From contig NC_058369.1 in the NCBI RefSeq assembly GCF_018350175.1, positions 7,814,001-7,878,000 of the forward strand: a stretch of DNA of 64,000 bases, read 5' to 3'. Below the pieces are notes generated by a model. That model had not been told where the DNA came from, did not search any database, and saw nothing but the letters and a program-made list of their open reading frames with translations. Below, piece after piece: positions 47,701 to 60,489 of the stretch. Source of the DNA: Felis catus (lineage: Eukaryota). Position 1 is the stretch's first letter, and the number at the start of each line of letters is the position of its first letter. Position numbers and translations under genes: made by a program.

Positions 47701-50700
47701 TGTAGCCTAGTGACTAAAATCCCAGTCTCTGGCGTCAGACAACAGGGTCCGGGTGACCCTGGCCGAGTCACTTCCCCTTCCCGTGCTTCAGGCTCCCCAT
47801 CTCTGAAATGGGCCTGTTCAGAACGCTATTTCCAAAGTCTGGCCTGAGGAATCAGCAAAACAGTGCAGGGAAACCTGAGGGCAGGTGCCTAAGAATGCTC
47901 TTCCTTTCTGTTTGTGCCTGGACCAAGAGGTCCCGGTGGCCAGAACAAGGGTCTTAGTGGGTTTAGAGCAGGAGTTTTCACCTGAGGGCAATTCTGGCCT
48001 CCAGGGGACATGTGGAAAATGGCTGGAGACATTTTAGTTTAATGACTGGAGAGAGGTGCTACAGGGCGTTATCTGGTGCCCAATGTCAATAGTGCCAAGA
48101 CTGGGACACCCTGCATTCCCAACGAGGTGATATTACCTCCAAGGGGGTGAAAGTTGGTTCTTGGGTGGGTATACATAAATCTTACATTTATGTACAAAGC
48201 CCAAATATACACATAGGACATAAACAGATACACAGTACAGGCATACCTTGCTTTGTTACTGCACTTTTTGTTATTTTTAAAAATGTTTTTTATTTATTTT
48301 GAGACAGAGAGAGACAGAGCATGAGCAGGGAAGGGGCAAAGAGAGGGAGACATAGAATCTGAAGTAGGCTCCAGGCTCTGAGCTGTCAGCACAGAGCCTG
48401 ATGTGGGGCTCAAACCCACGGACTGTGAGATCGTGAGCTGAGCCGAAGTTGGCCGCTTAATGGACTGAGCCACCCAAGCTCCCCAGAGATACTGCATTTT
48501 TTGCATGCGGTATCTCGTTTCTGTGTGTCCCATTTCGGTAGTTCTTGCAATGTTTCCAAACTTTTTCATCATTATTATTAGATTTATTCTGGTCCTCTGT
48601 GATCCATCTGCTGTTACTAGAGTAACCACTTGGGGGCGCCACGAACCGCACCCATAAGAGACCGCAGACTTCCTCGATGAAAGTCAGTGTGGGATCTGAC
48701 TGCTCCCGGGACCAACTGTTGCCCAGTGTCTCCCTTTCCTTGGGCCTCCCTATTCCCTAAGACATAGCAATTTTGAAATTAGGCCAAAATTAGTCACCCT
48801 GATGGCCTTTCAGTGTTCAAGTGAAACAGTCCCACCTATCTCTCACTTCAAATCAAAAGCCAGAACTGATGAAGCTTCGTGAGGAAGGAGTGTTGCAAGC
48901 TGACGTAGGCTGAAAGCGAGGCCCCTTGTACCAGACAGCGAGCCTCATTGTGAATGCAAACGACAGGTTCTTGGAGGAAGTTAAAGGTGCCACTCCAGCG
49001 AGCACAGGAATGATAAGAAAGAAAAACAACATTATTGCTGACTTGGGAGCAAGTTTTAGGGGTCAAGACAGAAGATCAAACTAGCCACAACATTCCCCTT
49101 AAGCCAAAGCCTCATCCAGAGCAAGGCCCTCACTCTCTTCCGTTCTGTGGAGGCTGAAAGAGGTGAGAAAGCGGCAGAAGGCGAGTTTGAAGCCAGCAGA
49201 GGTTGGTTCGTGAAGTTTAAGGACATAAGCTGTCTCTGTAACATCAAAGACGGAGGTGAGGCCGCAAGTGCCGATGTAGAAGCTACAGAAAGCATCCAGA
49301 AAGTTCTAGCTAAGCTGATCAATGGTGGCTACACTAAAGAACACATTTTCTCTCTTTTTTTTTCAATATATATATTTTTTAATTTTTTTAACATTTTTTA
49401 TTTATTTTTGAGACAGGGAGAGAGAGAGCATGAACAGGGGAGGGTCAGAGAAAGAGGGAGACACAGAATCTGAAACAGGCTCCAGGCTCTGAGCTGTCAG
49501 CACAGAGCCCGACGCGGGGCTCGAACCCACGGACCATGGGATCATGACCTGAGCCGAAGTTGGACGCTTAACCGACTGAGCCACCCAGGCACCCCTCAAT
49601 ATATTTTTAAAAATATTTATTGGTTTTTGAGAGAGAGACAGACAGCGTACACCAGGGAGGGGCAGAGAAAGAGAGAGAGAGACAGGCTCCAGGCTCTGAG
49701 CTGTCAGCACAGAGCCTGACGCGGGGCTCGAACTCTGGTCGGGAAGATCATGACCTGAGCCGAAGTCAAATGCTTAACCGACTGAGCCACCCGGGCGCCC
49801 CCACAACACATTTTCAGTGTAGACGAAGCAGCCTTCTATCGGAAGAGGCCATGTAGGACTTTCATAGCTAGAGAGGAGAAGTCAATGCCTGGCTTCAAAG
49901 TTTCAAAGGGCTCTCTTGTTAAAGGCAAATGGAGCTGGTGACTTTAAGTGAAAACCGGTGCTCATTTACCGTTCTGAAAATCCTAGGGCCCTTAAGAATG
50001 ATTGCAATGATTCTCTGTCTGTGCTCTGCAAATGGAACAACAAAGCCCAGATGACAGCACATCTATTTACAACGTGGTTTTACTGAATAATTTAAACCCA
50101 CTGTTGAGACCTACTGCTCAAAACAAACAAACAAACAAAAAAAAAAAAGTTTCCTTTCAAAATATTACTGCTCATTGACCGTGCACCTGGCCAGCCATGA
50201 GCTCTGATGGAGACGTACAATGAGATCAATGTTGTTTTCATGCCGGCTGAGGCAACGTCCATTCTGCAGCCCACGGACTGAGGAGTAATTTTGACTTTCA
50301 AGTCTTCCTACTCAAGAAATCCATTTTGTAGAGCTATGGATGCCACAGAAAGCGACTCCTCTGATAGATCTGGGCAAAATAAATTGAAAGCCTTCTGGGA
50401 AGGCTTCGCCATTCTGGATGCCACTATGAACATTCTGGTTCGTGGGAAGAGGTCAGAATGTCAGGTTCAGGAGCCTGAAAGAAGCTGACTCCAACCCTTG
50501 TGGATGACTGTGAGGGGTTCAAGACTTCAGTGGGGGGAGCGCCTGGGTGGCTCAGTCGGTTAAGCGTCTGACTTCGGCTCAGGTCACGATCTCGCGGTCC
50601 GTGGGTTCGAGCCCCGCGTCAGGCTCTGTGCTGATGGCTCGGAGCCTGGAGCCTGCTTCCGATTCTGTGCCTTTCTCTGCCCTTCCCCTGCTCGTGCTTT

Positions 50701-53700
50701 GTCTCTGTCTCTCAAGAATAAATAAACATTAAAAAAAAAATTGTTTTTTTAAGAAGAAAAGACTTCAGTGGAGGAAGTCACTGCAGGTGTGGTGGGAATC
50801 AGAAATGGAGCCTGAGGATAGGATTGCCTCACTGCAATCTCATGATCAAACTTGAACGGAAGAGGAGTCGCTTCTTATTGGATGAGCAAAGAATGTGGTT
50901 TCTTGAGATGGCATCTACTCCTAGGGAAGATGCTGTGAAGGTTGTTGCAATGACCAGGTTTTAGAATATTACGTAAAGTTTGTTGATAAAACAGCAGCAG
51001 GGTTTGAGAGGATTGACTTCCATTTTGAAAAAAGTTCTGGGGGCTCCTGGGTGGCTCAGTCAGTTAAGTGACCAGGTCTTGATTTTGGCTCAGGTCATGA
51101 TCTTACGTTTCGTGAGTTCGAGCCCTGCATCGGGCTCCACGCTGACACTGCAGAGCCTGTTTGGGATTCTCTCTCTCCCTCTCTGCCCCTTTTAGCCCCT
51201 CTCTCTCTCAAAATAAATAAATAAACTTAAAAAAAAAAAAAAAGAAAGAAAGTCATTCTACGGTGGGTAAAGCACAGCATCACATGATCCAGAGAACTGA
51301 CTCCTAAAAAGAAGACTCGATCAATGTGGCAAACGTCATTGTTTCCTTATTTTAAGAAATTACCACATCCATCCTGATCTGTCAGCAGCCATCAACATCA
51401 AGGCAAGACCCTGCACCAGCAAAAGGATGGACTCGCTGAAAGCTTGGATGATGGTTAGCGTTTTTTAGCAACAAAGTATTTTTCAATTAGGGTACGTACA
51501 TTTTTTTTTAGACGTAACGCGCACTTAGTAGACTACAGTGTAGTATAAACATAACTTTTACACGCACTGGGAAACCACAAAATTCATTTGGCTTGCTTTA
51601 TTGTGATGTTCACTTTATTGCAATGGTCTGGAACCGAACCCACAATATCTCTGAGTTATGCCTGTGTATCGGTGGCTTTAATATTTCATAGAGAAGGCAG
51701 TTTAGGAGTTGGGACTGTCTAAGCAGGCTATTTCTTGGGGGGAGGGGGCAATAATGAAATAAAGGGTGGCAAACACTGGTCTCGAGCCTGGCTCAGACGC
51801 TCATTGGTTGTGTGACCTCGAGCAGGTTGTTTCTCGCCAAGACTCAGTTTTCCCATCTGCAAAATGGGGACAACAATATATCACTTTGCAGGTATTTAAT
51901 GACGATTAAATAAGATCATAGCTAGAGGTACTAAATGCCCAGGAGGCATTCTGAAGATTAGTTGCTATCGTCATCATCATCATCATCTGTATCCTTTTTT
52001 TTTTTTTTAATTTTTTAATGTTTATTTATTTTGGAGAGAGACAGAATGTGAGCGGGGGAGGGGCAGAGAGAGGAGGAGACACAGACTCCGAAGCTGAATC
52101 CAGGCTCCGAGCTGTCAGCACAACCCGAGGCGGGGCTCGAACTCACGAACTGCGAGATCATGACCAGAGGCAAAGCCGGATGCTCAACCGACTGAGCCAC
52201 CCAGGCGCCCCCCCCCCCCCGTATCCTCTTTTTTTTTTTTAATAAGAATTTATTTTTTTTAAATGCTTATTATTTTGCGAATGTGAGAGACAGAGCGTGA
52301 ACAGGGGAGGGGCGGAGAGAGAGGGAGACACAGAATCCGAAGCAGGCTCCAGGCTCTGAGCTGTCAGCACAGGGCCCAACACGGGGCTCGAACCCACAAA
52401 TCAAGAGATCATGACCTGAGCCAAAGTCGGACGCTCAACCAACTGAGCCACCCAGGCACCCTTGTATCATCTTGCTAGTACAGTGGCTTGTGCATTATAA
52501 GCTCTCTGTAAATGTTTTGTCAGATAATCATAGCTGACATTCAGTGAGTGTTTACTATGTCCAAACACTTTTCTGAGGCTTTTTTTTTTTTTTAATTGTC
52601 CATCCAGGAGATGCATAGTATTATTATGCCAATTTTACAGTTGGGAAAACTGAGGCTCAGTGAAATGAAGTGGCTGGCCCAAAGTCAAATGACTAAGTGC
52701 CAGAGGCCAGACTCAAGCCTAGGTCAGCCAGTTCTGGGGCCCATGACAACAGAGCCAAAAGGTAGAGGGAGAAAGGTATTCATAGAGGCATGGCCCTAAA
52801 ATAGAGATTCGTTCTGTTTTTCTTTCCCACTTCCCTAACCCCAAAGGGCCGCAGACAGGTTGGGGGAGTCTCTGGAATTATAACCAGCTGGCTAACTTTG
52901 TTCAAGAATCTTCACTTCAGTCTCCACTTCCTCATTTGTGAAAGTGGCGAACATGTGCCTAACAGAATCACAGTGGTTGGGCAGGCAGAGCCACCGAAGG
53001 GACTCCAGAAAGTTCCTATCTGTTTGTACTGCTCTGCCGAGGGGAGGTTCGGCTTCTGGGGGCACCTCGTGAGCTGTGGAGGGCCCCAGTTCTAAGGGGC
53101 CTCAGAGATCCGAAGGGGTGGGAGGATGGGGGGGGGGGCGGCAGATCTTAGGAGCCTCTAGGGGCTTGTAAACTCACTCAGCTTCTGTGTCTCAGAAGCT
53201 GTGGGGGGCATTCTGGAGGTGTCCCCAAGGATTGTGGGTTTATCTTGGTTTGGGGAGATAGCCTAGGGATATAGGACTGTCTTAGGAACTATGGAGGGAT
53301 CTGGTTGTGGCCCTGGGGTCTATGGATTTTGATGGCAGCTACATGGTTACATGGGAGCACTCTTTGAGTCTGAAGACACCCCTGAGGTTATTTTGGTGTC
53401 TCTGAACTTGTGGGGGCATCTCCGGGATGCTGCCGAGCCACTCAGGGATTGAGGGGGACATCCGAGAGACTGTGGAAGCCATCTTAGGGTCTGTGAGGGA
53501 CCCCAGAATTTGGGGGACCCTCATGCAGACTGTGGGAATGCTCGGTGGCTGTGGGAAATTCTAGGGGTACTCTGGGGGCCTCTGCATGACTCAGGGGTGG
53601 TGGGGGTGCTCCAAGAGATTTTGGAGACTTCTGAGGAAACCTGGTGATGGTCCCGGGATCTGAAGGAGTTTCATTTGTGGGTGTGTTCTGAGATTCTTAG

Positions 53701-56700
53701 GGTGCCCCTGGAGTTTGTGGGGATATATCGGTAACAATGAGGACATCAGTAAGGGACATTTAGGAAGCTATGGGATTGTCCCAGGGTGTATGGGGCCTCT
53801 CAGCGCATCTCTGGCTTTTGGGGGGGAACTCAGGGATTTGGGGGTACCTCTGGATTGTGTGAGGACAACTCAGGGATGTTTGGGACATTCTCTGGAATTT
53901 TGGGGACATCTGAAAGACCTTGGGGATGCCCCTGAGGTTAGTGAGGGCCACAGCGGTTTGTGAGAACACTCCAGGGATTTGCGGGGGGGCACCCCCGATG
54001 TTTGTAGAGGCGCTTCCGGCGACTGTAAGCACCTTAAGGGGACTGCGGGGAGGGCCCTGCGGTCTGAGGGGTGTCCCTCGGCAGCCGTGTGGGCGCCCCA
54101 GGCCCGCCCCGCCCCAGGGGCGGCCCCAGAGCGAAGCCGGAAGGGCCGAGGCGGCCCGGCGGGGTGGGGCCCGTGGGCCCCAGGGCTGGGCGGCCGGCCT
54201 GCGTGGGCTGCCCGGGGCAGGCGGGCGGCGCTGCTCCCCAGCGCCCGCTGAGGCGGGGCTGCCCCGCGCCCCCTGTGGTTATGGCGCGGCCGCAAGGCCT
54301 GGGCCGCATCCCCGAGCTGCAGCTGGCGGCCTTCCCGGCGGTGGCGGCGGCCGAGGACGAGGCGTTCCTGCCTGAGCCCCCGGCCCCGCGCGCACCCCGC
54401 CGCCCGCGTTCGCCGCCCTCGTCGCCCGTCTTCTTTGCCAACCCGTCCCCAACTTTCCGCCGGCGTCTTCGGCTTCTCCGCAGCCATCAGGATTTTGGCC
54501 GCCAGGCGTGGGCTGGGTAAGTGCGCGCCAGCGGCGGTGGGTTCGAATCTCCCTTGGCCACCCGGCAGGCCAGGTCTGGGGTTTCTAGCGGGCTCTCCGC
54601 AGTCTAACTTCCCCTCGTCCGTCCCAGGACAGCGATAAAAATCATCCCTGCCCTCCAGGGTTGCCGTGGAGACATCTGATAGGGCATGCAGTAGGCACTC
54701 AATAAACGTGAAGTTCCTCCCACTACCTTGGCAGACCTCAGTCTGCAGTCAGGCTTTGGACGAGTGAGGCCAACCTGCCATCCAACCGCGATCTGGGGAC
54801 ACGTGTTGGATTCTGCTAAGCCTCAGTGTAAAGGCCTGTGAAATGGGGCCAGCGCTGCCAACTGGGGGTTGCCTTGCCAGGAGGCTCGGTGATGTTACCG
54901 GGTGCACCGGGCACAGAGGGCAAATGCCCTTTCTCTTCCTGGCCAGACTCGGGGTGGGATGCGGGGGGCTAGAAGCTTGCCGGCGAGGAGCCCGGAGACA
55001 CATCCGGTCTGGCTTCCCAGTGTCCGTTTAACTTGGAAACCGAGGTTGACAGCCCAGAGGTGGGCACGGGCTGGCTCTGGGGGCTTTTCCAGAGCCAGGA
55101 GAGGGTCCTCTGGTTACCCCCTTGCCTCCCTACTCTCCGCATGCACTTGTTTGGGACCTGAGGTCCGAGACATAGTGGGAGAGGACACCGCTCGGACAGG
55201 CTCAGCGTCTGGACCCAGGGAAGAGATTGGCGAGGGGAGAGGAGAGGAGGAGGGGTCGGGAGCCCAGCGTGGAGCCGGGGAGGGTGTGTGTGTTGGGGGG
55301 AGAAATCAGTGCCTCTCCCCGGGTTTCTCTCTGTGTCGCTGTCTCCACTTCTGTCTTTCCTGTTTCTGTTCCTCCCCCTTCCCCGCATCCGTCGTCCCTC
55401 CCCTGGGTTTTTGTCACCGGACCCCGCACTCCGCCGCCGGCGCGGGCGAGTCTCTTTCCCCCTGGGGCGCGCTGCGTTCAGAGGGCTCCAGCGGGCCCAG
55501 CTCGACGTCATTCGGGAGGGAGGCGGGGCCAGGGACAAGGCGTGGCGGGGGTTGGGGGGGGGGGGCCGGGGCCCGAGCCCAGGAATCGGGAGCCTGCCCC
55601 CCCTCCACCGCAGGCCCGGGGGGAGGGGGGCAAGTGGGAAGTGTGCACCGAGTTCCACAGGAGAAGGCAGGAGCGGAGCCCTCCCAGGCGCTGGGGACCC
55701 AGAGACACCCGATCGCCCGGGGCCCGTCCCTGGGGGGGTCACCGGGAGGGCGGGTGTGGAGGCGGTGCCGCTGGTGGCCACAGACACCTCGGGCCTGTGA
55801 ACAGTGAACGCCACACCACCGTGCCGCCGTCCTCATGCTCGCCCCGACAGCGTTTGGCACCCATGCGCTCGGGTACAGCGCCTCGGGCAAGGCCCCGGCC
55901 CCCTGACCTGACACTGCCCCCCGAGGGCCCTGAGTCCCTGGCCCACTTCTCCTTCAGCGACGAGGACACCTGTTGGCACCCTCCAGACAGACCTGTCAGG
56001 TGGGTGGCCTGGGGCCAATTCCCTCCTTTGCCACTGAGGGCTCTGGCTGGGGGGGGGGGCGGGGGGGGCGGGGGGGGTAGAGGGTGCCCAGTGGGCCTTG
56101 GGGAGTCCCCAAAGTGGCTTCCAGGGTCTGCCTGCAGCCCCACCCCCTTCTCCAGCCCCCAGATTCTTAGTGCTGCTGTCGGCTTCCTGCAGGTGATAGC
56201 CCTCAAAAGGAGTGCGAGGTCCTGCCCCCTTCCTATTTGAGATGGGATCCCTTCACCCTCTTTGTGCCCCTAAACCTGGGTCTCTGGCACTCATGCTGGT
56301 ACCAGCTATGGGTGTCCAGCGTCACCTGGGCTCCACTCCCAGGCCACCGGCCTGGAGCCAGGTCCCTCTGGCCCTGCTCTGCTCAGTGCCTCCAGTCTTA
56401 CCCACCCCCTCCTTGCTGGGGCTGCCAGGCTGAAAACCAAGCTGGGGTGGGGGAGGGGGGCAGCTCCTGCTGGAACTCCTGGGGGTTGTTTAGAATCAAC
56501 TGGACAGTGCTGGAGCAGAGAAAATTCTCAGGGTACGCCCACCTCGTTCTCACTCCCCTCTACCAATCCCTTCAGACAAGCCAGACACACCCAGACACAA
56601 ACACAGACGCACCCACCCACCCACACACGGGGTAATCGGGGGGTCTGTGTTTACTGTGCAAGGCGTGGGTCTCTGAGGCGGTGGGGACACAAAGAGAATC

Positions 56701-59700
56701 TCACAGTTGACCCATGGGGGCCACAGAAACCCTGGCTTTGCACAGTCAGTCTCGCGTTACAGGAACGCACTCTCCCCGTAGCACACACGCAGGCCTGGTT
56801 CCCACCTGCACACAGCCACACGCGGGAGCACACACTCAGGAGGCAGGGACAGTCATGGCACATGTGTGGCACACAGGTACACTCTTACAAGGTCACACAA
56901 ACTCCTAGACACACACACAGATCTGTGCAGGCACCGTGGACACTCGGACCCCACGGACACACCCGGACGTACAAATCCACGCAGAGATCTATACACACAC
57001 AGGTGCCCTGAGCACACATACACCCTGACCCACACAGGCACAGACCCTCTGTGCACACCCGGCCCTACAAACGGCCATGTCACCTGGCACCACGCGCCCG
57101 CCCTCAACCTCCGTATGACCTTCACAAAGCAAATGCCAGGCCTTTCCATAAAGGCTGCCTGGCGCCTCCTACGAGGGAGTCAGGTGCAGTGGGGCAGGGA
57201 GCCCGGGGAGGCGCCAGGCCTGCCCGGGGAGATCGACGGACACGGGCTGATTGAGCGTCCAGGTTTGTAGCCTGGCGGCTCAGGTTTAAGTCCTTCTAGT
57301 ACTAGTCAAGTGGTTCTTTCCCGTCTGCACCTCAGTTTACTTCTCTTGGAAATGGAGCATTGGTACACGTCCAGGCAGAGCACAGCGCCTAGCACATGGC
57401 ACTTAATGGCAGTTGGCTGCTTTTGTTGTTGTTATGATTTTTATCAACTGGGACCGGTCTCCGTTCCCTGCCGGCCCCCTCCCAGCTTGTTGTTGCCCAT
57501 TGGCCCCTGCAGCGGAAACTCTCTGAAGCCTTGGTCTGCTCCTGGGCTGCACAGTCCTCCGGAGACCCGATGTGATGCAGGCCTACGGGCCCCGGAGGGG
57601 TGGAGGCAAGAGGCAAGTTCAACCGGAGAAGGCCACCAAGTGGTCACCTGTCTGAAAGGCAGGTTATTTCCCTTATGATGGAGTGTCTGGGCATGTGGCT
57701 GTGATGTCAAGGCCTGTTGGCTACCCTCGACTCCGCTTAATGGCCTAGGGTCCTGCCGGGACATGATTGGAGCAGCCTCCAGCCTGACTCTGGGCCACCC
57801 TGAGCAGTGGCAGACAAGGGAAGGGTGACTCCACATAGCACCGGCATGCCATCCTGGAGGGTAGGTGAGACCCCACGCCCACATACACCCACACTCAGCC
57901 CGCAGTTCAACAGGCCCGATGCCCTCCCCTCTGCCCTTCCGAAGCCCGGGGGACATCAGCTCCTGGAAGCACAAACAGCAGGGCCCCAGGGAGCCTCTTC
58001 CCATCGTGGCCTCTGGGCTCCTGCTTACGTGAGCGGAGCCCCTGGGGCTACAGTATCTGATGCCGGTCGGGCCCACTCTGGGACTTGGGTCTCACCTTCC
58101 CTAAACTGTCTTCAGTGTCCGGGGCCAGGGTAGGGTCCTCAGTACGTAAGTATGTTCCTGTCTCCTCCCCCGTGGGACTCAGTAGAGCCAAAAAATCCAG
58201 GCTGTGCCCAGGGAGACAGGACATGGTTCTCAGGCAGCGAGGCCGCCAACCCCTTACCATCCCTCTGTGCCCCACTCTCCCCTGTTGCGCCGGGATGTGA
58301 ACACAACTCACAGAGGCGGTGGGGGACACAACTGTGTTCGGGTGTATAAAGCACTCTGACAATGCCAGGCACACGGCCAATATTCAGGAAGCATCTTGTT
58401 AATATTGCTATATACCTAAAAGGATCTAACCTAGTACCTGGTACACAGCAGGTGCTCAGTAAGTGAGCATTATCATCAAAGGCCCAAGTTCATGGTCTAA
58501 GAATTTTCCATCTTAAGGGGGTTTTTTTTAGTTTACTTTTTAAAAATGAACATATAGTAAAATTCACCCTTTAAAAAAAAATATTTTTGAGAGAGGGAGA
58601 GAGCACAAGTGGGGGAGGGGCAGAGAGAGAGAGAGAGACTCTGAAGCAGGCTCCAGGCTCTAAGCTGTCAGCGCAGAGCCTGATGCCGGGCCCGGACCCA
58701 CCATGAACCGTGAGATTGTGACCTGGGCCGAAGTCGGTTGCTCAACCGACTGAGCCACCCAGGCACCCCAAATTCACTCCTTTTGTCTACATCGTATGAG
58801 TGTCTTTTATTGTAGTAAAATCTACATAACATAAACTTATCCACTTGACCATTTCTTGAGTGTGCATTTCAGTGTCATTAAGTATACTGACATTGTCGTG
58901 CAACTGTCACCGCCACCCATCTCCAGAATGTCACCACCTTCCCAAACCGCCGCTCTATACCTAGTAAGGTAAGGAAAGGACGCTTGAGTTGTTTCCAGCT
59001 CTTGGCTCTTTTGAATGACGCTGCTCTGAACATTGGCGTACAAATATCTGCTTGAGTCCTGCTTTCGATTCTTAGTGTTTAGTATTTCAATTCTGCGTGT
59101 GTACCCAGAAGTAGAATTGCTAGATCACACGGTAATTCTATACTTAAGTTTTTAAGGACCGTCTTCTGTAGTAACCGCACCATTTCACGTTCCCACCTGC
59201 AATACAAGTATTGCCGTTTCTCCACATCCTCACCAACACTGGTTATTTTACCTTTGTTTTTTCACGATTTTACTCTTTTTAAGTTTTAGTTATTTTGACA
59301 GAGAGAGAGAGAGAGAGAGAGAGCGCGTACGGATAGGGGAGGAGGGGGAGAGAGGGAAGGAGGGAGAGAGAGCGAGAATCCTGACGTGGGACTCTAACCC
59401 ACGAACCATGAGACCATGACCTGAGCTGAGGCTGGATGCCCAACCGACTGGGCCACGCAGGTGCCCCGAAATTTGTTTTTATGTATGTATGTATGTATGT
59501 ATGTATGTATTTATTTATTATTATTATTATTTTTAACGTTTATTTATTTTTGAGACAGAGAGAGACAGAGCATGAACAGGGGAGGGTCAGAGAGAGAGGG
59601 AGACACAGGATCTGAAACAGGCTCCAGGCTCTGAGCTGTCAGCACAGAGCCCGACGCGGGGCTCAAACTCACGGACCGTGAGCTCATGACCTGAGCCGAA

Positions 59701-59743
59701 GTTGGACGCTTAACCGACTGAGCCACCCAGGCGCCCCCCGAAG

Positions 59744-59775
<32 letters not shown>

Positions 59776-60429
59776 TTTTTTTTTCAACGTTTATTTATTT
59801 TTGGGACAGAGAGAGACAGAGCATGAACGGGGGAGGGGCAGAGAGAGAGGGAGACACAGAATCGGAACCAGGCTCCAGGCTCTGAGCCGTCAGCCCAGAG
59901 CCTGACACGGGGCTCGAACTCACGGACCGCGAGATCGTGACCTGGCTGAAGTCGGACACTTAACCGACTGCGCCACCCAGGCGCCCCTCCAAAGTTTGTT
60001 TTTAAAAGAAGTTTGAATTTGTGACTGTTAAAAATGTCTGATTTCTCTCCTAAAATCGGAATACCTGGTTGTTGGGGGGTCCCCCAGCACCACTCTGCTC
60101 TGGGTGTCAGCTGCCTGGCTCCTGCGAACATTTGCTGTGATGGTAGGAATGTGCTCGAATGGGGGCTGAGTAGGCAGAGGGCGGCAGCTCACGTTTCCGT
60201 CTGAGGAGTCACAAGACTTGGGACTGAATTCTGGCCCCACTATGCTCTCGCTGCGTGACCCAGAGCTAATCATTCTCCTCTCTGACCTTAGTTTCTTCAT
60301 CTGTAAAATGGAGTCAACGAAGTCCCTCCCCGTACTCCTACCCCAGGACTGGCCCAGAGAAAAAGGTTAATAGATCCATAGATGCTGGTTTCACTGTGCT
60401 ACTCTAGGGGATTTCAGACTTTCTTTTTC

Positions 60430-60489
<60 letters not shown>

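Noticed and set aside
49147..49473. Transposase-like ORF as a domesticated TIGD gene
   Set aside because: It is a fragment of a decayed Tigger1, broken by stops, frameshifts and SINE insertions.
54902..56240. 301-, 337- and 281-aa overlapping ORFs
   Set aside because: CpG-island artefacts; only 55863-55999 is the genuine PDE4A10-type exon.
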